Below, piece by piece: positions 1-8,232 of a DNA stretch of 64,000 bases. Both the position numbers and the translations under genes were made by a program. Location of the stretch: the NCBI GenBank assembly GCA_028870995.1, contig JAGWOI010000003.1, forward strand, positions 39,955 to 103,954. The letters are read 5' to 3'. The notes below the pieces were generated by a model. The model did no database searches. It was not told where the DNA came from and saw only the letters and a program-made list of their open reading frames with translations. The DNA is from Candidatus Omnitrophota bacterium (lineage in GTDB: Bacteria > Omnitrophota > Gorgyraeia > Zapsychrales > Fredricksoniimonadaceae). Position 1 is the stretch's first letter, and the number at the start of each line of letters is the position of its first letter.

Positions 1-1226
1 GCCAAGGCCAAAATCCCGTCCTTGCTCCAAAAACCGCTCAAGGGCCAGATGCCGCTCAAGGCCAGGGTGCCGATAAAAAAAGTCCAGCCGGTGATGGGCA
101 TCTTTTTCCACAAGCCCTGCATCTTCCAAATGTTTTGCTCGTGATGAAGGGCGTAAATAACACTGCCGGAACCCAAGAACAAGAGGGCCTTAAAAAAGGC
201 GTGGGTGGTCAGGTGATACATGCCTTGCGTCGGACCGCCTAATCCCAGTGCCATGACCATCAGTCCCAACTGGCTGAGGGTCGAATAGGCCAAAATCCTT
301 TTAATATCATTCTCCGCTACGGCCAAAATCGCGGCCATCAGCGATGTAATGGCGCCGACATAGGCAATGATGATAAGCGCTGTCGGTGCCGGCGCAAAGA
401 TGAAAAAGACACGGCTTAAAAGATAAATACCTGCCGCCACCATCGTGGCCGCATGGATGAGGGCGCTGACCGGTGTGGGGCCTTCCATGGCGTCGATAAG
501 CCAGACGTGCAGCGGGATTTGGGCGGATTTGCCGATGACCCCGCAGAAAAGCAGCAATGCGATGGTGGTCAACAAGCCCGTATTTAAATGGGGGATGACC
601 GCCGTTAAATCGGTGAATTGAAAACTGCGGCCGGCGCCGATATCAGAGACGCCCCACAATAAAAGGATGCCGCAGAAGAAACCGAAGTCGGAGAGGCGGT
701 TGACCAGGAAGGCCTTGACCCCGGCATCGGCCGCCGAGGGCTTGGCGTACCAGAAACCGATGAGCAGATAGGAGCTTAAACCTACCAGTTCCCAGAAAAT
801 GAACAGCTGGATAAAATTATTGGACAGCACAATCCCGATCATGGAAAAGGCGAACAGGCTCAACTCCGCGAAAAACCGTGGGCTGCCGGGGTCTTCATTC
901 ATGTAGGCCCTGGAATAAATGAAGATGGCGCTGCTGACACCCGTGACGATCAAGAGCATGACAATGGCCAAGGGATTGATGAGAAAGCCGAAATTGACCG
1001 TCAAGTTATCGAAATGGATCCACGGCAGGGACTGCTGTAACGCATAAGGCGGATTGGCATGGAATATCTGGCCAAAGACCAGGCAACTGCAAATAAATGA
1101 AAGCAGGATGCCGGCAATGGCGATCAGGCTGCTGGTGTTCTTGTTGCTTAAAAAGAAAAGCGTGATCAAGACGCAGGCCGCAAGCGGCGCGAAAAAAGCG
1201 GTCCAAACTAAACAAGGATTTATCAT
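1..1226 (-). CDS. nuoL: NADH-quinone oxidoreductase subunit L (partial; the C-terminal part runs off the window start)
   Basis: The minus-strand frame is open from the ATG at 1226..1224 to the window edge. My translation starts MINPCLVWTAFFAPLAACVLITLFF and continues as a multi-TM antiporter-like sequence (…HAATMVAAGIYLL…, …HAFFKALLFLGSGSVI…) typical of NuoL/ND5. It lies immediately downstream of nuoK in the canonical J-K-L order. It is absent from the ORF track, presumably because the window edge truncates it. Confidence 0.75.
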   Translation of the reverse strand, partial: MINPCLVWTAFFAPLAACVLITLFFLSNKNTSSLIAIAGILLSFICSCLVFGQIFHANPPYALQQSLPWIHFDNLTVNFGFLINPLAIVMLLIVTGVSSAIFIYSRAYMNEDPGSPRFFAELSLFAFSMIGIVLSNNFIQLFIFWELVGLSSYLLIGFWYAKPSAADAGVKAFLVNRLSDFGFFCGILLLWGVSDIGAGRSFQFTDLTAVIPHLNTGLLTTIALLLFCGVIGKSAQIPLHVWLIDAMEGPTPVSALIHAATMVAAGIYLLSRVFFIFAPAPTALIIIAYVGAITSLMAAILAVAENDIKRILAYSTLSQLGLMVMALGLGGPTQGMYHLTTHAFFKALLFLGSGSVIYALHHEQNIWKMQGLWKKMPITGWTFFIGTLALSGIWPLSGFWSKDGILAL

Positions 1227-1231
1227 AACCC

Positions 1232-1534
1232 CTACCACTTCATCTCTTTTAATTCGTCCGCCTGAATCGTTGACAGGCGGCGGTACATCAAAACGATAAT
1301 GGCAAGCCCGATGGCGACTTCGGCGGCAGCCACCAGGATGACGAAAAACACGATCAGCTGACCGGCATAATCGCCGTTGAATTTGGAAAAAGCCACAAAG
1401 GAAAGGTTGGAGGCGGCCAGCAGGAGCTCCAGCGACAGCAGCACCTTAAGTACGTTGCGGCTGGTGGTCACCCCAATGAGGCCTATGGAAAAAACGATAC
1501 CGCTTAAAATTAAATAATGGCCCAGGCTGATCAT
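1232..1534 (-). CDS. nuoK: NADH-quinone oxidoreductase subunit K
   Basis: 100 aa with 3 TM helices and an ND4L/NuoK-like sequence (MISLGHYLILSGIVFSIGLIG…AAAEVAIGLAIIV). It overlaps nuoJ by 4 bp. Confidence 0.85.
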   Translation of the reverse strand: MISLGHYLILSGIVFSIGLIGVTTSRNVLKVLLSLELLLAASNLSFVAFSKFNGDYAGQLIVFFVILVAAAEVAIGLAIIVLMYRRLSTIQADELKEMKW

Positions 1535-2049
1535 AAGGCCTCGTCCTTACCTGTACTTAAGGCGCCCTGGGCGAGGGAGACGATCCCGAAGACAGCGACC
1601 AGCAAAAGAAGAGACGTCATTTCAAAGGGCAGCAGATAATCCGTAAACAGGATTTTCCCTACGGCTTCTATGGTGCCGCGAAGGTTCGAGGCAGGTATGG
1701 CCTGCGCCTTGAAGAAACTCATCAGGGCCAAGGCAAATGAGCCGGCAAACAGCATGCCGGCCAGGGTGCCTAAGCCTTGGAACAGCCACGGGCTTGCCTG
1801 TTGCCGGCCGGCGGTATTCAGGTTCAGGCAAATGACAACGAACAAAAAGAAGACCAGCACGGCACCGGCATAGACCAACAGCAGGATCATCCCTACAAAA
1901 AAGGCCTCCAGCGTGACAAAAAGGCAGGAAAGGGCAAAGATGGTCACAACCAGGGCCAACACATTATATAAAGGATTACGGGCGTAGACCACTGCAAGGC
2001 TGGCGGCGATCAAAATGGCGGCAAAAAGAAAAAAGAAAAAAAAAGACAT
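1531..2049 (-). CDS. nuoJ: NADH-quinone oxidoreductase subunit J
   Basis: 172 aa, hydrophobic, with a poly-Phe N-terminus (MSFFFFFLFAAILIAASLAVVYA), ND6/NuoJ-like. Operon position is upstream of nuoK. Confidence 0.75.
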   Translation of the reverse strand: MSFFFFFLFAAILIAASLAVVYARNPLYNVLALVVTIFALSCLFVTLEAFFVGMILLLVYAGAVLVFFLFVVICLNLNTAGRQQASPWLFQGLGTLAGMLFAGSFALALMSFFKAQAIPASNLRGTIEAVGKILFTDYLLPFEMTSLLLLVAVFGIVSLAQGALSTGKDEAL

Positions 2050-2150
2050 GGCTTCCCCTTCCTACCTGAAGTTTCGTATATCCCATCATAGAAATAAACA
2101 CAGTATTGTCAAGAGGATACTAAAAAAATGATATCCGTCAAGGACTTTAA

Positions 2151-3443
2151 ATGCAACAAGAAGCTAATAAACACTTGAGGCAGCCTTGCGATTATGTTAT
2201 CTTAGTAAACCTTATGGCACAACGAATGAGAAATAAAAAATTAAGCGTGACCGCTGCCCAGGAACTGCAGATCCTGCGCAATATCGTCGATATCGCCTCC
2301 TCGGAACTTGACCTGAGCCTGACTTTGCAGCTGATTGTCAAGATCGTCACGGAAATGACGGACGCGGACTCCGTTTTTATCTACCTTTTCGATGAGAGCA
2401 AGCATAATTTAGTGCTCATGGCGTCCAAAACCCCCCACAAAAAGGAACTGGGGAACGTGGTCTTGAAAGCCGGTGAGGGCATCACCGGATGGGTGGCCCG
2501 TGAAAACAAGACCGTGGCCATCAAGGCGCGCGCTTATAAGGACCCCCGCTTTAAGAATTTCGATGTCCTGCCGGAAGACCGTTACGAGGCTTTTTTGTCC
2601 GTGCCCATCATTTATAAGGGAAGGGCGGTGGGTGTGGTCAATGTGCAGCACAAGAGCCAGCAGGATTATTCCGCCGAAACCGTCAATTTGATCGAAATGA
2701 TCGCCAAGCAGGTCGGCGGCATCATCGAGCATGCCCGGCTTTTCGAGGAAACCAAGAAAAAAGCCCTGCAATTCGACTCCCTGATCAAGGTCAGCCATTC
2801 CATTACCAGTGAAAATTACCTGGACGAGATCCTCAACTTGATCGTGGTGGTCACCGCGGAGATGCTTAATTCCAAAATCTGCTCCATTATGCTTTTGGAT
2901 GAGAAGGGTGAGGAGCTGTCCATCAAGGCCACCCAGTCTTTGAGTTCGGAATACAAATTGAAGCCCAATATCAAGGTGGACAACAGCCTGACCGGCTCGG
3001 TCATCAGGACAAAGAAGCCTGCCATTGTTTATGATGTGAGCAAGGATGAAAAATATTTTTACCGCGACCTGGCCCTCAAGGAAGGGTTGACCTCCATGGT
3101 GGCCGTGCCGATGATCGTCAAAGATCTGGCCATCGGTGTCATCAATGTGTACACCAAACAGCACCATGATTTTACCGGGGAAGAGGTGGGTGTTTTACAG
3201 ATGATCGCCAACCAGGCGGCGGTGGCCGTGGAAAATACCAAATTGATGCAGGAGGCCTTGAAAGCCAAGGAAGCCCTGGAGACCCGAAAGCTGATCGAGA
3301 GGGCCAAAGGGATCCTCATGAAAATGAACAATCTTTCGGAAGACGCTGCCTACCGCCTCATCCACAAGAAGAGCATGGACACCTGCCGGTCCATGAAAGA
3401 AATTGCCGAATCCGTCATCCTGATGTCGGAACTCCAGAAGTGA
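2151..3443 (+). CDS. GAF-GAF-ANTAR RNA-binding transcription antitermination regulator
   Basis: The C-terminal about 60 aa (…ALETRKLIERAKGILMKMNNLSEDAAYRLIHKKSMDTCRSMKEIAESVIL) match the ANTAR domain (AmiR/NasR/NasT family). Two preceding GAF-like modules are present (…FIYLFDESKHNLVLMASK…, …SIMLLDEKGEELSIKA…VAVPMIVKDLAIGVINVY). There is no receiver domain. The ATG at 2214 (MAQRMRN…) is an alternative and perhaps more likely start. Confidence 0.8.
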   Translation: MQQEANKHLRQPCDYVILVNLMAQRMRNKKLSVTAAQELQILRNIVDIASSELDLSLTLQLIVKIVTEMTDADSVFIYLFDESKHNLVLMASKTPHKKELGNVVLKAGEGITGWVARENKTVAIKARAYKDPRFKNFDVLPEDRYEAFLSVPIIYKGRAVGVVNVQHKSQQDYSAETVNLIEMIAKQVGGIIEHARLFEETKKKALQFDSLIKVSHSITSENYLDEILNLIVVVTAEMLNSKICSIMLLDEKGEELSIKATQSLSSEYKLKPNIKVDNSLTGSVIRTKKPAIVYDVSKDEKYFYRDLALKEGLTSMVAVPMIVKDLAIGVINVYTKQHHDFTGEEVGVLQMIANQAAVAVENTKLMQEALKAKEALETRKLIERAKGILMKMNNLSEDAAYRLIHKKSMDTCRSMKEIAESVILMSELQK

Positions 3444-3543
3444 AAACCCTTTAGGAAAAATTTTCTATTGACAAAATCCTTCAAGCAGGTGTAGGATGCA
3501 ATCCCTATAACAGGAACAGCAAAAGATTTTTAGGGAGGGGTCT

Positions 3544-3762
3544 ATGATACAAGCCAACAGGGTCAAAAGAACAGCAATCAAATCGAGCGCGGCCAAGGGC
3601 AGGACGGAAGAAGTTTCAAGCCCAAAATCCGGCGGCAATGGTGATTTGCATCAGAAAATTTCCGAAAAGGCCTATGAGCTTTATTTGGAGCGTGGCTGTG
3701 AGCATGGCCATGACGCGGAAGATTGGGCCCATGCGGAAAAGATTGTCAAAGGCCAGCTCTAA
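3544..3762 (+). CDS. small DUF2934-like protein
   Basis: 72 aa. The C-terminal motif ISEKAYELYLERGCEHGHDAEDWAHAE resembles the DUF2934 signature (…AYELWEARGRPHGHDLEDWLQAE…), recalled from memory. A GGGAGGGG RBS lies upstream. Confidence 0.5.
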   Translation: MIQANRVKRTAIKSSAAKGRTEEVSSPKSGGNGDLHQKISEKAYELYLERGCEHGHDAEDWAHAEKIVKGQL

Positions 3763-3771
3763 ATTTTTTTC

Positions 3772-3799
3772 TTGACAAATATTTTTTAGCAGCTATACT
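3772..3799 (+). promoter_or_regulatory. sigma70-like promoter for the amtB-glnK leader (TTGACA-16nt-TATACT)
   Basis: TTGACA at 3772-3777 and TATACT at 3794-3799, upstream of a structured leader. A very similar cTTGACAAA lies at about 3466 upstream of the DUF2934 gene. Confidence 0.4.
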
Positions 3800-3912
3800 T
3801 TCCATAGTTGCAGTATAGATATGTCTGGGGCGTTGACGTTCCGGATTGAAACACGGGCAATGAAGGTCCTCTTGGTGAACATAAGTAACTGAGGGGATTT
3901 TTTTATTTTATA

Positions 3913-3995
3913 GCCGCCTTGAACAGGCGGCGGGCATTGGAGTCCGGTTTTTTTAAGCAACGGCAGCTTAGCTTAAAGAAACCGGACTTTTTTTG
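3913..3995 (+). promoter_or_regulatory. amtB leader attenuator: two hairpins (hexaloop AUUGGA) overlapping an intrinsic terminator
   Basis: P1 is GCCGCCU-UGAAC-AGGCGGC (3913-3931). P2 is (C)GGGC-AUUGGA-GUCC(G) (3931-3946). The 3' strand of P2 is the start of the terminator stem AGUCCGGUUU (3941-3950) pairing with AAACCGGACU (3979-3988), followed by UUUUUUU (3989-3995). P2 and the terminator are mutually exclusive. Confidence 0.5.
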
Positions 3996-4018
3996 TCCTT
4001 AAAACAGGGAGGTTGGTT

Positions 4019-4144
4019 ATGAAAGCGACCCACACAAGCACCAAGAAATTGAGGCATGCCGAATTGATTGCCGGGATGTTCGCCTTTTTGCAGATTTTCC
4101 TGGCTTTCGGGTTGTTTTTCGCGTTGAAAGAGCATCTTGTCTAA
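4019..4144 (+). CDS. small hydrophobic ORF (41 aa) between the attenuator and amtB
   Basis: ATG at 4019 preceded by GGGAGG. It encodes MKATHTSTKKLRHAELIAGMFAFLQIFLAFGLFFALKEHLV, a basic N-terminus plus one TM-like helix. It is below the ORF-track size cutoff. Whether it is coding is uncertain. Confidence 0.3.
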   Translation: MKATHTSTKKLRHAELIAGMFAFLQIFLAFGLFFALKEHLV

Positions 4145-4172
4145 CCAGTCATAAAACAGGAGGAAAAAAGTA

Positions 4173-5435
4173 ATGGGAACAACACCAGCAAATCCCCTCA
4201 ATAACGGGGACATCGCATGGGTCCTGACTTCAGCCGCCTTGGTTTTGGCGATGACGGCTCCGGGCCTGGCCTTCTTTTATGGAGGCATGGTAAGGCGTAA
4301 GAATATCAACAGCATTTTGATGCAATGTTTCATGTGTTTGGCCATTGTCAGCGTTTTGTGGGTGGTCGTCGGCTACAGCCTGGCCTTCGGTCCCGGCGCC
4401 CCGGGTTTCTTGAAGGGGTTGATCGGCGGCTTCAACTGGGCCATGCTCAAGAATGTGTCCATGAGCGCGCCTGATCCGTATGCGCCGACCATTCCTCATC
4501 AGGCCTATATGATCTTCCAGTTGATGTTCGCGGTCATCACACCGGCCCTGGCCATCGGTTCTTTCGCCGAAAGGGTCAAGTTTTCCGGATGGGTCTGGTG
4601 GACGGTTTTATGGCTGCTGATCGTTTACTGTCCGGTGGCCCACATGGTCTGGTCCCATGACGGGATCGAAGGCCAGTGGGGCGTTCTGGACTTCGCCGGC
4701 GGTACCGTCGTGCACATGAATGCCGGTATCGCAGGTTTGGCCAGCTGCCTTTATTTAGGCAAGCGCATCGGCACAAACAAGCCCGGCATGCATAACGTGC
4801 CCTTTGTTATGCTGGGGGCTTCCTTATTGTGGTTCGGATGGTTTGGTTTCAACGCCGGTTCGGCGGTCTCGGCCGGCGCCCTGGCGACCAGCGCTTTCGT
4901 TGTCACCAACACCGCGACCGCGGCCGCGGCCATCAGCTGGGTGGTCATGGAGTGGGTCTTCGCAGGCGCTCCCACCATTGTCGGTGCCTGTTCGGGTGCG
5001 GTGGCCGGTTTAGTTGCCATCACCCCGGCCTCTGGTTTCGTGGATGCCGGCGGTTCCTTGTGGATCGGTTTCCTGGTCAGCGTGTTCTGCTACTGCATGG
5101 TGGCCTTCGTGAAACCGAAATTCGGCTATGACGATACTCTGGATGCCTTCGGCGTGCATTATATCGGCGGGCTTTGGGGTGCCTTGGCCACCGGTCTGTT
5201 TGCCGTCAAAGCCGTCAACTCGGCCGGTTCAGGTGTGTTTGATGGCAACCCGGGCCAGTTTTTGACCCAGGCCAAAGGCTGCTTGTTGACCACGGTCTAC
5301 ACCTTTATAATGACCCTGGTCATCTGCTTCATCGTCGATAAGGTTCTCGGCGGCTTCCGCGCCACACCGGAAGATGAGGCCATTGGCATCGATTTAAGCC
5401 AGCACCATGAGCGTGCTTACACCATCTTGGACTAA
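4173..5435 (+). CDS. amtB: ammonium transporter
   Basis: 420 aa polytopic protein with Amt family motifs (…[14 protein letters not shown]…, the twin-His region …[13 protein letters not shown]…). Confidence 0.9.
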   Translation: MGTTPANPLNNGDIAWVLTSAALVLAMTAPGLAFFYGGMVRRKNINSILMQCFMCLAIVSVLWVVVGYSLAFGPGAPGFLKGLIGGFNWAMLKNVSMSAPDPYAPTIPHQAYMIFQLMFAVITPALAIGSFAERVKFSGWVWWTVLWLLIVYCPVAHMVWSHDGIEGQWGVLDFAGGTVVHMNAGIAGLASCLYLGKRIGTNKPGMHNVPFVMLGASLLWFGWFGFNAGSAVSAGALATSAFVVTNTATAAAAISWVVMEWVFAGAPTIVGACSGAVAGLVAITPASGFVDAGGSLWIGFLVSVFCYCMVAFVKPKFGYDDTLDAFGVHYIGGLWGALATGLFAVKAVNSAGSGVFDGNPGQFLTQAKGCLLTTVYTFIMTLVICFIVDKVLGGFRATPEDEAIGIDLSQHHERAYTILD

Positions 5436-5457
5436 AAATAAAGGAGGAGTGTTTACC

Positions 5458-5799
5458 ATGAAATTAGTCATCGCTATCATTCAGCCTTATAAGCTCGAAG
5501 ATGTCAAGCAAGAGCTCTATGCGGCGAATGTGAACCTGATCACCGTCTCCGAAGTCCTGGGGCACGGCCGCCAGGTAGGGGTTGATGAGTACTACCGCGG
5601 GGTCAAGGAAACAGGCAATTTGCTGCGCAAAATAAGGCTCGAAATCGCAGTCAACGAGGATTTCGTTGAACCCACGATCAAGGCCATCATTAAAGGCGCC
5701 CGCACCGGCAAAATAGGTGACGGTAAGATCTTTGTCGTCGACCTGCCCAGATGCATCCGCATCCGTACAGGCGAGGAGGGGTCCAAAGCCATCGGTTAA
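5458..5799 (+). CDS. glnK: nitrogen regulatory protein P-II
   Basis: 113 aa starting [18 protein letters not shown], with a T-loop [14 protein letters not shown] that conserves the Tyr and a B-loop [12 protein letters not shown] strong AAAGGAGG RBS is present. The ORF-track start at 5407 overlaps amtB and is unlikely. The position immediately after amtB is canonical for glnK. Confidence 0.85.
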   Translation: MKLVIAIIQPYKLEDVKQELYAANVNLITVSEVLGHGRQVGVDEYYRGVKETGNLLRKIRLEIAVNEDFVEPTIKAIIKGARTGKIGDGKIFVVDLPRCIRIRTGEEGSKAIG

Positions 5800-5830
5800 G
5801 GACTGTTTTTGAAGAGTGGTAAAGCGATAA

Positions 5831-5875
5831 AGTGGTAGAGTGGTAGGCGGGCTTTATTCCTATCACTCTACCACT
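5831..5875 (+). other. 17-bp near-perfect hairpin after glnK, preceded by GTGGTA direct repeats
   Basis: AGTGGTAGAGTGGTAGG (5831-5847) pairs with CCTATCACTCTACCACT (5859-5875) with one G·U pair and an 11-nt loop. There is no U-tract. Upstream are the direct repeats AGTGGTAaagcgataaAGTGGTAgAGTGGTAgg. It could be a factor-independent or Rho-assisted terminator, or a protein-binding site. Confidence 0.4.
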
Positions 5876-5895
5876 TTCCGCAGGCATAAAAAGCC

Positions 5896-5924
5896 TTGAC
5901 AACATTTGCCTTAGAGAGTAGTAT
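5896..5924 (+). promoter_or_regulatory. sigma70-like promoter for glnA (TTGACA-17nt-TAGTAT)
   Basis: TTGACA at 5896-5901 and TAGTAT at 5919-5924. Confidence 0.45.
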
Positions 5925-5939
5925 TCACCATATTTTCCT

Positions 5940-5990
5940 GAGGGCATTGGCGTCCTCCTTGAAAGATATTTCAGGGAGGACTTTGTGTTT
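5940..5990 (+). promoter_or_regulatory. glnA leader: hexaloop hairpin (AUUGGC) overlapping an intrinsic terminator
   Basis: GAGGGC-AUUGGC-GUCCUC (5940-5957). The terminator stem GUCCUCCUUGAAA (5952-5964) pairs with UUUCAGGGAGGAC (5970-5981), followed by UUUGUGUUUU. The motif GGGCATTGGnGTCC is shared with the amtB leader in the same position relative to the terminator. Confidence 0.5.
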
Positions 5991-6017
5991 TAGAAACAAT
6001 TTATATCAGGAGGTTTT

Positions 6018-8156
6018 ATGAGTCAAACCCGCGAAGAAGTCATCCAGGCGGCGGAGGAATGCTGCTGCAACGGTTCGTTCAGCGAGCATCTGCCCGAACA
6101 TTTCGGCGAAAACGTCTTTAGTCTCAAGGTGATGAAAGAAATGCTTTCACCCAAAGCGTACGCTTCCATCGAAAAAACGATGAAGGAAGGCGGCAAGCTG
6201 GACGCTTCCATTGCCGATGAAGTGGCTGAAGCCATGAAGAAATGGGCTGTGGCCAAAGGCGCCACCCACTATACGCACTGGTTTCAGCCCATGACCGGTG
6301 TTACCGCTGAAAAGCATGATTCCTTTATCGATTGGGACGGCGACGGCGGGGTCATCCTGAGTTTTTCCGGCAAGAACCTGATCCAGGGTGAACCGGATGC
6401 TTCTTCGTTCCCTTCCGGAGGTTTGCGCGCGACCTTCGAAGCCCGCGGCTATACCGGCTGGGATCCGACGTCTCCGGCCTTTATTAAAGAAGGCCCTGAA
6501 GCCACCACCCTGTGCATCCCGACCTTTTATATCGGGTATCACGGCGAGGCATTGGACAAGAAAACACCTCTGCTGCGTTCCATGGTGGCCTTGAGCAAGC
6601 AGATCTGCCGCCTGGCCAACCTATTCGGCATTGATACCAAGGGCAAGCGTGCCTACTGCACCTTGGGTCCTGAGCAGGAATATTTCCTTATCGACAAGGC
6701 CCATTATCAGGCCCGTCCTGACCTGGTGCAGACCGGTCGCACCCTGTTCGGCAAGAAACCGGCCAAGCATCAGCAGCAGGAAGACCAATACTTTGGTGCC
6801 ATTAAACCGCGCATCATGGGCTTCATGGAAGATCTGGACCGCACCCTCTGGGGCTTAGGCATGCCGTCCAAGACCCGTCATAATGAAGTGGCTCCGGCCC
6901 AGTATGAAATCGCGCCGATCTATGAAGATTTGAATACCGGTGTTGACCATAACATGATGGCCATGGAGATCATGCGCCAGATCGCTGACAAGCATGGGTT
7001 GGCCTGCCTGCTGCATGAGAAGCCTTTTGCCGGCATCAACGGTTCCGGCAAACACAACAACTGGTCCGTGGTCGGCCCCGACGGCAAGAATTGGCTGTAT
7101 CCGGGCAAGACCCCGCATGAAAATGCCAAATTTGTGACCACCCTGTGCGCGGTCATCAAGGCGGTTGATACCTATGCCGACCTGCTGCGCGTGGCGGTGG
7201 CTTCCGCCGGCAATGATCACCGTTTGGGCGCCAACGAAGCGCCTCCGGCCATCATCTCCATTTTCTTAGGAGACCAGCTGACCGATATCATCGAGCAGAT
7301 CGAAAAAGGCGGCGCCAAGACATCCAGGGAAGGCAGCACCATCCATGTGGGCGTCGATTCTCTGCCCATCCTGGCCAAGGACACGACCGACCGCAACCGC
7401 ACCTCGCCGTTCGCTTTCACCGGCGCCAAGTTTGAGTTCCGCGCCGTCGGTTCCAACCAGAACCCTTCAGCCGCCAACATGGTGCTTAACACTATCGTTG
7501 CTGAAGCGATTTCCGATATTTGTGACCAGCTGGAAGCCGACAAGAAAGCCGGCAAGGATTTCAATGCCAGCCTGCAAAAAGTTCTCCAGGATATCGTCAA
7601 GAAGCACAAGAAGGTGCTTTTTAACGGCGATGGTTACACCGATGCCTGGCATAAGGAAGCCAAGAAGCGCGGCCTTCCCAATATGAAAACCACGCCGGAA
7701 GCCTTGGAAGTGTTGAAAGAAAAGAAGAACATCAATGTCTTTACCAAGCACGGTGTGTTGACGGAGGTGGAAGTGGCCTCCCGTTATGAGATCAATAAAC
7801 ATGCCTATGTGACGGTACAGGTGCTGGAAGGTGACTGCGCCCTGCAAATGGCCAAAACGCAGCTTATCCCTGCGGCCATCGAATACCAGAAGCAGTTGGC
7901 GGACAACATCAAGGCTGTCGGCTCAGCCGGCAAGACCACGGCGCAGAAAAAACTTCTCAAGGAAGTCTCTGCCTTGATCGACGAGGCCTTGGGGGATTGC
8001 GACGGCCTGGAAGCGGCGTTGGCCAAGCATGACGGCTTGAAGATTAGCGCCGCCATGGCCAAGCTGCGCGGCCCCATCGACGAATTGGAAGGCCTGGTGC
8101 CGGCCCAGTTGTGGCCTGTCCCAAGCTACGCCGAGATGTTGTTGATGAACTATTAA
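6018..8156 (+). CDS. glnN: glutamine synthetase, type III
   Basis: 712 aa, the size class of GS-III. GS catalytic-region motifs are present (…[11 protein letters not shown]…, …[10 protein letters not shown]…) together with a long C-terminal extension. It is next to amtB-glnK and upstream of gltBD. Confidence 0.85.
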   Translation: MSQTREEVIQAAEECCCNGSFSEHLPEHFGENVFSLKVMKEMLSPKAYASIEKTMKEGGKLDASIADEVAEAMKKWAVAKGATHYTHWFQPMTGVTAEKHDSFIDWDGDGGVILSFSGKNLIQGEPDASSFPSGGLRATFEARGYTGWDPTSPAFIKEGPEATTLCIPTFYIGYHGEALDKKTPLLRSMVALSKQICRLANLFGIDTKGKRAYCTLGPEQEYFLIDKAHYQARPDLVQTGRTLFGKKPAKHQQQEDQYFGAIKPRIMGFMEDLDRTLWGLGMPSKTRHNEVAPAQYEIAPIYEDLNTGVDHNMMAMEIMRQIADKHGLACLLHEKPFAGINGSGKHNNWSVVGPDGKNWLYPGKTPHENAKFVTTLCAVIKAVDTYADLLRVAVASAGNDHRLGANEAPPAIISIFLGDQLTDIIEQIEKGGAKTSREGSTIHVGVDSLPILAKDTTDRNRTSPFAFTGAKFEFRAVGSNQNPSAANMVLNTIVAEAISDICDQLEADKKAGKDFNASLQKVLQDIVKKHKKVLFNGDGYTDAWHKEAKKRGLPNMKTTPEALEVLKEKKNINVFTKHGVLTEVEVASRYEINKHAYVTVQVLEGDCALQMAKTQLIPAAIEYQKQLADNIKAVGSAGKTTAQKKLLKEVSALIDEALGDCDGLEAALAKHDGLKISAAMAKLRGPIDELEGLVPAQLWPVPSYAEMLLMNY

Positions 8157-8182
8157 GGCGGGCTGAAATCAGCCTAAGAAAA

Positions 8183-8210
8183 GGGGACACTTTAGCAGTG
8201 TCCCCTTTTT
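8183..8210 (+). terminator. rho-independent terminator after glnN
   Basis: GGGGACAC-uuuagca-GUGUCCCC followed by UUUUUGUUUUU. Confidence 0.6.
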
Positions 8211-8232
8211 GTTTTTATAGTATAATCCTTCA

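Noticed and set aside
1006-1299. Short ORFs 1006-1215(-) and 1054-1299(+) reported in the track
   Set aside because: They lie out of frame inside the nuoL coding region. nuoL itself is missing from the track only because the window edge truncates it.
3800-4000. Possible glutamine (glnA-RNA) riboswitch in the amtB leader
   Set aside because: The conserved ACGGAAGUAGG-type core I recall for the glutamine riboswitch is absent. The structure is better explained as an ANTAR-type attenuator.
5407-5457. Track start of the P-II gene at 5407 ([20 protein letters not shown]…)
   Set aside because: It overlaps amtB by 29 nt. The canonical P-II N-terminus MKLVIAII with a strong AAAGGAGG RBS begins at 5458.
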